A DNA stretch of 64,000 bases from Candidatus Aenigmatarchaeota archaeon (lineage in GTDB: Archaea; Aenigmatarchaeota; Aenigmatarchaeia; CG10238-14; SCSR01), in assembly GCA_039000425.1 (NCBI GenBank), contig JAWBPV010000001.1, forward strand, positions 38-64,037, read 5' to 3'. Positions 46,620 to 55,719 of this stretch are shown here, piece after piece (the stretch's first letter is position 1; each line of letters starts with the position of its first letter). Made by a program: the position numbers and the translations under genes. The notes under the pieces were generated by a model, which did no database searches, was not told the DNA's origin, and worked only from the letters and a program-made list of their open reading frames with translations.

Positions 46620-48059
46620 TTACACCAAACTCTTCTTCTCAAAATACTCCCTTAAAAATACTCCCAGCTCTCTATTTTTTTTGATTAAGTCTATTATTTT
46701 CTCAACATCAGAAATTATCTCAAAACCTTTGGATATCTGTTCTGCTATATGGTTTGGAATACCTTTCGCTTTTAAAGTGTTAACATCTTTATTCAAAGTA
46801 TCAAAAAGTTTTTCCTTCGCCGTCATGAATTTTCTTTTAATTTCAACAACCCAATTGTTTCCCTCGATGAATGGCCCATTTATAGCTGAAGTTTTATATT
46901 TTTCCAAGAATCTTTTTGAATCGTCCAAATCAAAAACTTCTGGTCCTACTTTTTTCTGTACTGTAGGTAAGTTGTAAACTTCCATCTCAAGTAAAATTAT
47001 CGCCAAATCTTTCTCATTAGTGTAATAATTTTTTCTCAAAACCTTGAACTCATACTTCACCTCTTCTAAAATTTTTTCAAGTCTTTCAGCAAATCTTCTT
47101 AGTTGAGGCCAAAGGATATCTGGCACGATTTCAGGTGGAGAAAATTTTATTAAAATCAACTCTGTTCTTCTTTCCAAAAGCTTCTCTATCAACTCTTTCT
47201 CAGAAATTGGTTTAACTTCTTTTTCAAAAAACATCTCTTCTTTTGGATTTTCAAGAAATTCTTTAGCAAGTTTCTTGAATTTGAAGAAATTTTCTGCAGA
47301 TAGAGCTGCTGTCGTGTTTCTATTCTTGTCTGTAGGATCAATTAAAATTAAAGCTTGTTTTGAAAAAATTTTCTTCAACTTAAAAAAATCTTCTTTTTTG
47401 TAAAATTTCTCCAAATCTATTATTTCACCTGGTTTCCAATTTAACGCCTGTTTCAATACATTCAAAAAGCTCTTGAACTTTATTATTAGAAGTTCGCATG
47501 CATACCCTGAAAAACCTTGAGTCTTTGCGTCAGCGCCATAAATATTGTTTGCAGTCAAGAATTGTTTTAAAAGCCTTACTTGGTCTGAAAGTTTAAGTGG
47601 GAGATTTTTTTGAATGTATTTAACGTGAAAAGGTGTTCTATCAACAGCAGATTTCAAATTTTCAGTAGTTTTCACGTTGAAGCATGGTACTACGTCTATT
47701 TCTACTCCTTCAACATTACCTGAAACATAGGGATGTTGAGCGTATTTTATTTTAAAGCTACCGCCCAATTCTCTAATAATTTTTTTTCCAACTTCAAGGC
47801 CCTTTTTCTCAAGCTGTTCCATCGTGAATTCTGGTGGGAAAAGGATAAAGATGTCAAACTCTTTTTTACCTGGAAGCCAAGTATCTCTTGTGACACTCCC
47901 AGCAACCATTGACTTTGCTTTGAATTTTTTAGCCTCTTTTCTTGCAATTTTTAAACATTTCCTCAAAACAGATTTAAGCTTCCTTCTTTCTTCTTCAGAA
48001 GGTCTGATTTTTTTCAAAACACTTCTAAGAATTTTAGCATAATTAACCATATTTAACAA
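46620..48059 (-). CDS. cca: CCA-adding enzyme (class I archaeal tRNA nucleotidyltransferase)
   Basis: GSVTRDTWLPGKKEFDIFILFP nucleotidyltransferase motif; ~480 aa archaeal CCA architecture. Confidence 0.8.
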   Translation of the reverse strand: MLNMVNYAKILRSVLKKIRPSEEERRKLKSVLRKCLKIARKEAKKFKAKSMVAGSVTRDTWLPGKKEFDIFILFPPEFTMEQLEKKGLEVGKKIIRELGGSFKIKYAQHPYVSGNVEGVEIDVVPCFNVKTTENLKSAVDRTPFHVKYIQKNLPLKLSDQVRLLKQFLTANNIYGADAKTQGFSGYACELLIIKFKSFLNVLKQALNWKPGEIIDLEKFYKKEDFFKLKKIFSKQALILIDPTDKNRNTTAALSAENFFKFKKLAKEFLENPKEEMFFEKEVKPISEKELIEKLLERRTELILIKFSPPEIVPDILWPQLRRFAERLEKILEEVKYEFKVLRKNYYTNEKDLAIILLEMEVYNLPTVQKKVGPEVFDLDDSKRFLEKYKTSAINGPFIEGNNWVVEIKRKFMTAKEKLFDTLNKDVNTLKAKGIPNHIAEQISKGFEIISDVEKIIDLIKKNRELGVFLREYFEKKSLV

Positions 48060-48398
48060 TAAACTTGAAGAAAATAAATGTAAGTGGGGTTTAAAAAGTT
48101 TTTTACTACTTTAAAATAGTAAAGTTTAAATATTAGTACTACTATATAGTAACATATGAATGGAAATAAGGAAGAATTGAAGTTTTTTGAAGAGCAACTC
48201 TACGAAGCCAAAAAAGCCTTGTTTGCAGCAAGAACAATAAAGCAAGCAAAATTTTTACAAAATAGGATAAAATATCTTTCTGAAAAAATTAAAGAAATTA
48301 AAGGTGAAATTGAATAAAGAAGAAGAAAACTTTTAATTTTTTATATTCTGTGATACAAAAAATTTTTTAAATTCTTTTTAACAATTTTAGGTTGGGTC

Positions 48399-49517
48399 TT
48401 GTTCCAAGCCGTTTTGGCACTAGAGGATGGAACAATACTTAAAGGTAAAGGCTTTGGTTATCCATCTGAAGCTTCTGGTGAAGTTGTGTTCAACACCGGA
48501 ATGGTTGGTTACACAGAATCTCTAACAGACCCCTCTTACAATGGACAAATATTGACACAAACTTGGATATTGATCGGAAATTATGGTGTTCCTCCGATTT
48601 CTATAGTTGATGAATTTAATTTTCCCTTACACTTTGAGTCCGAAAGAATACAAGTGAAAGGATATGTAGTTCAAGAAATTGTAAAAAAACCGAGCCACTG
48701 GTCAAACAATAAAAGCTTGGATGAATGGCTTTTCGAACATAAAATTCCAGGAATAGAAGGAATAGACACTCGGGAGTTAACAAAAAAACTGAGAAGTAAG
48801 GGTGTGATGCTTGGAATTTTGAAAGTTGGTGATAAAATTGATATAGAAGAAATAAAAGAAAAGATTAAAACCATAGAAGATCCTAATGAAAGGGATTTGG
48901 TGAAAGAAGTAAGTATTGAGAAACCAATAGAATATAGAAATGGTTCACCAGTTGTAGTGGTAATAGATTGTGGGGTTAAATTCGGGATATTGAGAAATTT
49001 AGCCGCGAGAAATGTGGATATAGTGAGGGTACCTTACGATTATTCTGTTGAAAAAATCTTAGAATACGAACCTTCTGGAATTCTTATATCGAATGGTCCT
49101 GGAGACCCTAAAAAATGTGAAAAAACTATTCAAACTGTAAAAGAACTTATGGAAACTGATCTGCCAATGATGGGGGTTTGCCTTGGTTGTCAAATCCTTG
49201 CTTTAGCTGCTTGTGCAGAAACTTTCAAACTCAAGTTTGGGCATCGTGGCTCAAACCATCCTGTTTTTGATTTGTTTGAAAGAAAATGTTATATCACGAG
49301 TCAAAACCATGGGTATGCTATAAATTCAAAAAGTTTGAAAGGAACTGAATTTGAAATTTGGTTCATAAATGTAAACGATAAAACTGTAGAAGGAATTAAA
49401 CATAAGAAGAAGCCAATATTTGCCACACAATTTCATCCTGAAGCTTCCCCTGGTCCTTATGAAACAGAATTTTTGTTTGATTTGTTTGTGAAGGAGGTGA
49501 AGGAATATAAGGGATGA
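48399..49517 (+). CDS. carA: Carbamoyl-phosphate synthase small (glutaminase) subunit
   Basis: LEDGTILKGKGFG N-terminus, class I glutamine amidotransferase Cys-His-Glu region; apparent TTG start. Confidence 0.85.
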   Translation: MFQAVLALEDGTILKGKGFGYPSEASGEVVFNTGMVGYTESLTDPSYNGQILTQTWILIGNYGVPPISIVDEFNFPLHFESERIQVKGYVVQEIVKKPSHWSNNKSLDEWLFEHKIPGIEGIDTRELTKKLRSKGVMLGILKVGDKIDIEEIKEKIKTIEDPNERDLVKEVSIEKPIEYRNGSPVVVVIDCGVKFGILRNLAARNVDIVRVPYDYSVEKILEYEPSGILISNGPGDPKKCEKTIQTVKELMETDLPMMGVCLGCQILALAACAETFKLKFGHRGSNHPVFDLFERKCYITSQNHGYAINSKSLKGTEFEIWFINVNDKTVEGIKHKKKPIFATQFHPEASPGPYETEFLFDLFVKEVKEYKG

Positions 49518-49549
49518 AAGTATAAAAAAAGTTCTCTTATTGGGAAGCG

Positions 49550-52500
49550 GTGCAAAGTGTTGAAAAAACACGCACATTCAAAATAGGTGAGGCAGGAGAA
49601 TTTGACTACTCTGGAGCACAAGCAATCAAAGCTCTTAAAGAAGAGGGAATAAAAGTAGTTCTAGTAAACCCGAACATAGCAACAATTCAAACAGATGAAA
49701 GGTTTGTTGATAAAGTTTATTTTTTGCCAATAACTCCTGAATTTGTAGGAAAAGTGATAGAAAAAGAAAGACCTGATGGAATTTTATTAACTTTTGGTGG
49801 CCAAACTGCACTGAATTGTGGGATAGAGCTCCATGAAAGAGGAATTCTGGAAAAATATGGTGTAAGGGTGTTGGGAACAGGAATCAAAGCAATAGAAATC
49901 GCTGATGATAGGGAAAAATTCAAGAAAATTTTAATCGAGAATGGTCTGCCTGTACCGAAGAGCAAAAAAGTAAACAATGTGGAAGAAGCAATAGTTGCCG
50001 CGAGAGAGATAGGATATCCTGTCATGGTTAGAGTTGCTTACACATTGGGAGGCCAAGGTTCTGGTGTAGCTTATAATGAAGATCAATTAAAAGAAATAGC
50101 ACAAATAGGCTTAGCTCACAGTAGAATAAACCAAATTTTGGTGGAAGAGTACCTTGGAAAGTGGAAAGAAATTGAATATGAAGTGATGAGGGATTGTGAA
50201 GACAATTGTATCATAGTTTGCAACATGGAGAATTTTGACCCCATGGGTATACACACAGGCGAAAGCATAGTAGTTGCGCCTTCCCAAACCTTGACGAACA
50301 GGGAATATCACTTGTTAAGGATCACAAGCTTTAAAGTGATACGAGCTCTTGATATAATTGGAGAATGCAACATACAGTTTGCACTCAATCCGAAAAGTGA
50401 AGAATTCAAGATAATAGAAGTGAACTCGCGGTTATCAAGAAGTTCTGCTCTTGCGTCAAAAGCTACAGGATATCCGATAGCCTACATCGCGGCAAAATTA
50501 GCGATAGGCTACACTTTACCAGAACTTTTGAATAAAGTTACCCAAATCACAACAGCTTGCTTCGAGCCTGCTTTGGATTACATAGTTGTTAAAATCCCTA
50601 GATGGGATTTCCAAAAATTCAAAAATGTATCAAGAAGAATTGGGACTCAAATGAAGTCAATAGGAGAAGTTATGGCAATAGGGAGAAGCTTTGAAGAAGC
50701 CCTTCAAAAAGCTGTAAGGATGCTTGAAATTGGAAAAGAACTCACAGATATTGATGAATTGTCAAACGAAAAGGAAAAAATAAAAGAAATGTTAGAGAAG
50801 CCAACAGACGAAAGAATCTTCTACATAGTCAAGGCACTTCAAATCGGTATGAGTGAGAAAGAAATCCATGAATTAACTGGAATAGATGAGTGGTTTTTGT
50901 ATAAGATAAGGAATATAATCGAGATGGAAGAAAAAATAAAGAATGGTTTGAATGAAGAAATCTTAAGAAAAGCAAAAAAACTTGGTTTTTCTGATAAAAA
51001 AATTGGAGAGCTTGTTGGAATGAAAGAAGCTGAAATCAGAGAAATGAGAAAGTCTTTCGGTATATTGCCGGTAGTTAAGCAAATTGATACTCTAGCCGCA
51101 GAATGGCCTGCCAAGACAAATTACCTTTACATGACTTACAACGGCGACAAGGATGACATAGAATTTGAAGAAGGAAAAAAGATAATAGTGGTTGGGTCGG
51201 GTTGTTATAGAATTGGTTCAAGTGTTGAGTTTGATTGGTGTTGTGTAAACATGGCTTGGGCCTTGAAAGAAAGGGGATTTGAAAACATAATGATAAATTG
51301 CAATCCAGAAACTGTTTCTACTGATTTTGATGTTATGGACAAGCTTTACTTTGAAGAACTTACTTTAGAAAGAATTTTAGACATTTATGAAAAAGAGAAT
51401 CCTGAAGGAATTATTGTAAGTGTTGGTGGACAAACACCAAACAATTTGGCTCTTAAACTTGCAAAAAACCGTGTAAAGATAATCGGGACTTCTCCTGAAG
51501 ATATAGACAGAGCAGAAGATAGGGCAAAATTCAGTAGACTTCTAGATGAACTTGGGATAAAACAACCGGAATGGGGAAAAGTTGATAACTTAGAAAAAGC
51601 AAAAGAACTCGCTGAAAGAATAGGATACCCTGTTTTGGTAAGACCATCTTATGTTCTTTCGGGCTCTGCTATGAATGTTGCTTTAAATGAATCCCAATTG
51701 AAAGAATACTTGACAAAAGCTACTATAATCTCTAGGGAGCATCCTGTTGTTATTTCAAAATTCATAACCAATGCAAGAGAAGTTGAAGTTGATTGTGTTT
51801 CTGATGGCGAAAACGTTTTAATCGGTGCTGTAATAGAACATCTGGAAAATGCGGGTGTCCATTCAGGAGATGCAACGATGATCATACCAACCTTATCTAT
51901 AAGTGAAACGATTAAAGATAAAATAAGAGATTACACGAGAAAAATTGCTAGGTCGCTGAAGATAAAAGGTCCTTTTAACATTCAATACCTAGTTAAAGAT
52001 GGGGAAGTTTATGTTATAGAATGTAATTTAAGAGCTTCTAGAAGTATGCCCTTTGTTTCAAAAACAGTGGGAATAAACTTGATGGAAATCGCTGCCGATG
52101 CTATGCTTGGTGAAAAAATTGAAAATCGCGAATATTCCCCAAAATTTTTTGCTGTGAAAGTTCCACAATTTTCTTTCATGAGGTTAGATGGAGCAGATCC
52201 GGTAGTGGGTGTAGAGATGGTATCTACGGGGGAAGTTGCGGCTTTTGGGAAAAATTTTCATGAAGCTTTTACCAAAGCTTTGATAGCTAGTGGTGTAGAG
52301 TTTCCAAAAGATGGGGAAGGTGTTCTCATATGTGGTGGGGAAGATTGGAATAAAATAATAGATATAGCTAAGAAACTTGCTTCAAAAAATGTAAAAATTT
52401 ATAGTATAGAAAAAGCTTCGAGGGAATTGGAGAGATTTGGAATTGAAAGTGAAACTGTGAGGAAATTCGATGAACCAAAATCGAGCCTGTTAGATTACCT

Positions 52501-52660
52501 TATCGATAAGAAAATTAAAATAGTGATAAGTATTCCATTTTTCGATGGAATGATAAAAAATCAATCAGAGGATGAATATCAAATAAGGAGAAAATCGGTG
52601 GAATTCAAGGCTCATGTGGTTAGTAACATTCAATTTGCTGAAGCAATAAAGATATTTTAA
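49550..52660 (+). CDS. carB: Carbamoyl-phosphate synthase large subunit (N-terminus anomalous)
   Basis: Two ATP-grasp modules, oligomerisation and MGS-like domains; EFDYSGAQA motif near start; conserved KKVLLLGSG motif lies upstream in another frame. Confidence 0.9.
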   Translation: MQSVEKTRTFKIGEAGEFDYSGAQAIKALKEEGIKVVLVNPNIATIQTDERFVDKVYFLPITPEFVGKVIEKERPDGILLTFGGQTALNCGIELHERGILEKYGVRVLGTGIKAIEIADDREKFKKILIENGLPVPKSKKVNNVEEAIVAAREIGYPVMVRVAYTLGGQGSGVAYNEDQLKEIAQIGLAHSRINQILVEEYLGKWKEIEYEVMRDCEDNCIIVCNMENFDPMGIHTGESIVVAPSQTLTNREYHLLRITSFKVIRALDIIGECNIQFALNPKSEEFKIIEVNSRLSRSSALASKATGYPIAYIAAKLAIGYTLPELLNKVTQITTACFEPALDYIVVKIPRWDFQKFKNVSRRIGTQMKSIGEVMAIGRSFEEALQKAVRMLEIGKELTDIDELSNEKEKIKEMLEKPTDERIFYIVKALQIGMSEKEIHELTGIDEWFLYKIRNIIEMEEKIKNGLNEEILRKAKKLGFSDKKIGELVGMKEAEIREMRKSFGILPVVKQIDTLAAEWPAKTNYLYMTYNGDKDDIEFEEGKKIIVVGSGCYRIGSSVEFDWCCVNMAWALKERGFENIMINCNPETVSTDFDVMDKLYFEELTLERILDIYEKENPEGIIVSVGGQTPNNLALKLAKNRVKIIGTSPEDIDRAEDRAKFSRLLDELGIKQPEWGKVDNLEKAKELAERIGYPVLVRPSYVLSGSAMNVALNESQLKEYLTKATIISREHPVVISKFITNAREVEVDCVSDGENVLIGAVIEHLENAGVHSGDATMIIPTLSISETIKDKIRDYTRKIARSLKIKGPFNIQYLVKDGEVYVIECNLRASRSMPFVSKTVGINLMEIAADAMLGEKIENREYSPKFFAVKVPQFSFMRLDGADPVVGVEMVSTGEVAAFGKNFHEAFTKALIASGVEFPKDGEGVLICGGEDWNKIIDIAKKLASKNVKIYSIEKASRELERFGIESETVRKFDEPKSSLLDYLIDKKIKIVISIPFFDGMIKNQSEDEYQIRRKSVEFKAHVVSNIQFAEAIKIF

Positions 52661-52718
52661 AATTTATCGTGAAAACAGGATTGAAAGTTATAGAGTTCGA
52701 AAAATAGGAAAATTTTTG

Positions 52719-52804
52719 TAGCCCCGGCCAGATTCGAACTGGCGTCTCAAGCTTTCTTCCAGTTGACCAGAGGCTTGCGTGCTTGACCACTACACCACGG
52801 GGCT
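52719..52804 (-). tRNA. tRNA-Gln (anticodon CTG) with ~13-nt intron
   Basis: Minus strand: AGCCCCG-TG-GTGT..GCAC-G-CAAGC-CTCTGG[intron]A-GCTTG-AGAC-GCCAG-TTCGAAT-CTGGC-CGGGGCT-A. Confidence 0.55.
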
Positions 52805-52915
52805 ATAAACTTATTTAAATTTATTTTATCAATTAATTTTAAGATTGAATGAGTTGCGACCATTCAACTAATAACTTTTTTCTCTTCAATTACTACAGAA
52901 TAAGAAGGTAAGGAT

Positions 52916-54778
52916 ATGAGGATATTGGAGACACATTCAGACTGGATTGAGTACGAACCTGTGGAAAAAGAAATTCAACAAGCTGAAGATGTTGAAAGAA
53001 AAATTCATAAGTTGGAAGATGTTTTGGTTGCGTTTACTGCAGTTGAAGAGGGAGATGATGAAGAAGTTGTAAAAAAAGCTGTGGATGATACCAAAGAATT
53101 CATGGCAAAATTGAAGATAAAAAAACTTTTAATATACCCCTTTGTCCACTTGACAAACACACCAGCAAAACCTCTGGAAAGCTTGAAAATCTTGAAGGAA
53201 ATGGAAGATTATGCTAGAAAACTGAATATCGAAACTTACAGAGCACCTTTTGGTTGGAATAAAAGGTTCATTAATGCTGTTAAAGGTCATCCTCTAGCTG
53301 AAAGATTCAGAGTTATAGCTAAAGAAGAGAAAAAGGAGGAGATCATTTCAAACGCGTTGAAAGCCGAGGAAAAATTGAAATCTTTTTGGTACATAATGGA
53401 ACCGAACGGAAAATTAATACCTGTGGAGAAATTTGACTTCTCCAAACATAAGAACCTTGAAAAGTTTGCAAAGTATGAAATGGAAAAAGTTAGGGCAGTC
53501 CAACAAATACCACCTCACGTAACGTTGATGAAAAGATTGGAAATAGCTGATTTTGAACCAGCCTCAGATCCTGGAAACTTAAGGTTTTATCCTAAAGGTA
53601 GGTTGATAAAATCTTTGTTGGAACAATTCGTGACACAAAGAGTTATAGAATATGGTGGTGTAGAAGTTGAAACTCCTGTGATGTATGACTTTCAGCATCC
53701 GAGTTTAGCCGAATATTTACACAGGTTTCCTGCAAGGCAATATGTAATAAAATCGGACGATAGAGAATTTTTCTTGAGGTTCTCTGCATGCTTCGGTCAA
53801 TTCTTGATGACAAAAGATGCTCAAATTTCTTACAAACAACTTCCCTTCAGGATCTATGAATTAACGAGATACAGTTTCAGAAGGGAAAAAAGTGGTGAGT
53901 TGGTAGGTTTAAAAAGATTGAGGGCTTTCACCATGCCTGATGTTCATGCTATTTGTGCCGATTTGAAACAAGCTATGAAAGAATCTATGAAGAGGATAAA
54001 ATTATGCATGGGTGTGTTGAAAGAGATTGGTCTAGAAAAAAAAGATTATGAAATGGCTATAAGGTTCACTAAAGATTTTTATGAAGAGAATAAAAATTTC
54101 ATCATCAAGCTAGTTAAAAATTTTGGGAAACCAGTTTTGGTTGAGATGTGGCCTGAGAAATTTTTCTATTTTGTCTTGAAATGGGAGTTCAACTTCGTCG
54201 ATACTCTTGAAAAAGCTTCTGCCCTTTCTACAGATCAAATAGACGTGGAAAATGCGAAAAGGTATGGAATAACTTATATAGATAAAAATGGTGAAAAGAA
54301 ATATCCGATAATCTTACACTGTTCTCCAAGTGGGGCTATAGAGAGATGTATTTATGCTTTACTCGAAAAAGCATACATGGAACAACAAAAAGGTAAAGTT
54401 CCTAAGTTGCCTTTCTGGCTTTCTCCAACTCAAGTGAGGATCATCCCCGTTTCGGATAAGTATCTTAAAAATGCCTTAAAAATTTCTGAAGAAATAGAAA
54501 AGAATCAGATAAGGGTAGACGTGGATGATAGGAAAGAAACTGTACAGAAAAAGATAAGGGATGCTGAACTTGATTGGATACCGTTGATTTGTGTTATAGG
54601 CGAAAAAGAGATTAAGAAGAAAACTTTAAGCGTTAGGTTTAGGGAAAAAGGAAAGATAAAAGAGATGAAGATTGAAGAACTTGTGAAGATAGCTAAAAAA
54701 GAGATGAAGGGAAAGCCTTTTAAACCATTGTCATTTCCAAAATTATTGTCCAAAAGACCTATTTTCGTCAGTAAATAA
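52916..54778 (+). CDS. thrS: Threonyl-tRNA synthetase (archaeal type with N-terminal D-aminoacyl-tRNA-deacylase-like editing domain)
   Basis: Archaeal ThrRS editing domain at N-terminus, class II catalytic core, C-terminal anticodon-binding domain. Confidence 0.9.
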   Translation: MRILETHSDWIEYEPVEKEIQQAEDVERKIHKLEDVLVAFTAVEEGDDEEVVKKAVDDTKEFMAKLKIKKLLIYPFVHLTNTPAKPLESLKILKEMEDYARKLNIETYRAPFGWNKRFINAVKGHPLAERFRVIAKEEKKEEIISNALKAEEKLKSFWYIMEPNGKLIPVEKFDFSKHKNLEKFAKYEMEKVRAVQQIPPHVTLMKRLEIADFEPASDPGNLRFYPKGRLIKSLLEQFVTQRVIEYGGVEVETPVMYDFQHPSLAEYLHRFPARQYVIKSDDREFFLRFSACFGQFLMTKDAQISYKQLPFRIYELTRYSFRREKSGELVGLKRLRAFTMPDVHAICADLKQAMKESMKRIKLCMGVLKEIGLEKKDYEMAIRFTKDFYEENKNFIIKLVKNFGKPVLVEMWPEKFFYFVLKWEFNFVDTLEKASALSTDQIDVENAKRYGITYIDKNGEKKYPIILHCSPSGAIERCIYALLEKAYMEQQKGKVPKLPFWLSPTQVRIIPVSDKYLKNALKISEEIEKNQIRVDVDDRKETVQKKIRDAELDWIPLICVIGEKEIKKKTLSVRFREKGKIKEMKIEELVKIAKKEMKGKPFKPLSFPKLLSKRPIFVSK

Positions 54779-54779
54779 T

Positions 54780-55595
54780 TCAACTCAACGGTTTTGAATG
54801 TTGCCAAACTAACTTGAAAAGTGGTGAGAGTATATTGCTGGCAGCATGTTCGCTCTTACTCCACAACGCTATGTCTTGTGTTGAGTGAACTTTTGCATCG
54901 GTTAGCGATAAAACAAATTGTTTGTCATCCACTATACAAACTCTTCCTACCAAGTCCACATCTTTTTCATCTAAGAGCCTGATCTCAGCCACACTACTCA
55001 GTAATTTTATAGCCTCGCTTGCTTTTTCTTTACCACTCGTAGCTATTTTTATGCTAACCCCCCTTTCCTTAGCTTTTCTCAAACTTTCCAAGTGGTTTGT
55101 AGTCAACTCTATCAAACCTTCTGGTGTTGTGACTATTGCTATCTGTTTGTTAGCATCTCTAAACATTGATGCGAGTTGTTGTTGTAAGCTGTATTTTCCT
55201 TTGAGAGCTCCTGTCATCTCTTCGGGAGAAATAACTTTAAGACCGTGGGAAAAAATTTCATTGAGTTCTTTCATAACAGGACTAGATTTAAGCTCTTCGA
55301 TTCTCTCTATCTTCTCCTTCATTTCTCCTTCTATTTTCGTTTTCACCCTTTCTAAAGCTTCTTGTGGTGGAATTGCAACGTATCTAAGAGGCTTTCCGGA
55401 TTGAACCATCACAAAACCTTTTTCAGCCAAACTTTGCAAAACATCATAAGTCCTTGACCTTGGAACGTTTGCTATGGCCGAAAGCTCACCAGCAGTGCTC
55501 GTGCCCCTTGCAAGGAGAGCTACCCATAATTTCCTTTCATATAAGTTCAAACCTATACTACGCAAAGCCTCCATCGTTCTTGATGAAGCTAGCAT
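54780..55595 (-). CDS. TrmB-family transcriptional regulator (third paralog)
   Basis: N-terminal HTH LYERKLWVALLARGTSTAGELSAIANVPRSRTYDVLQSLAEKGFV. Confidence 0.6.
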   Translation of the reverse strand: MLASSRTMEALRSIGLNLYERKLWVALLARGTSTAGELSAIANVPRSRTYDVLQSLAEKGFVMVQSGKPLRYVAIPPQEALERVKTKIEGEMKEKIERIEELKSSPVMKELNEIFSHGLKVISPEEMTGALKGKYSLQQQLASMFRDANKQIAIVTTPEGLIELTTNHLESLRKAKERGVSIKIATSGKEKASEAIKLLSSVAEIRLLDEKDVDLVGRVCIVDDKQFVLSLTDAKVHSTQDIALWSKSEHAASNILSPLFKLVWQHSKPLS

Positions 55596-55719
55596 CCGAC
55601 TACCTCGTTTTAACTTTTTAGTGGTTTAATATTTAAGGTTTTATATATTAGTGTTGGTAAAAAAAAGATTTAAGTGTTTGGAATTTAAGCACCAAGATGA
55701 AAATTTTTAATACAAAAGA

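Noticed and set aside
48102-48123. Inverted repeat TTTACTA-N8-TAGTAAA upstream of carA as a candidate operator
   Set aside because: It is AT-only and short, so it is expected by chance in a 67% AT intergenic region. I did not find a second copy to support it.
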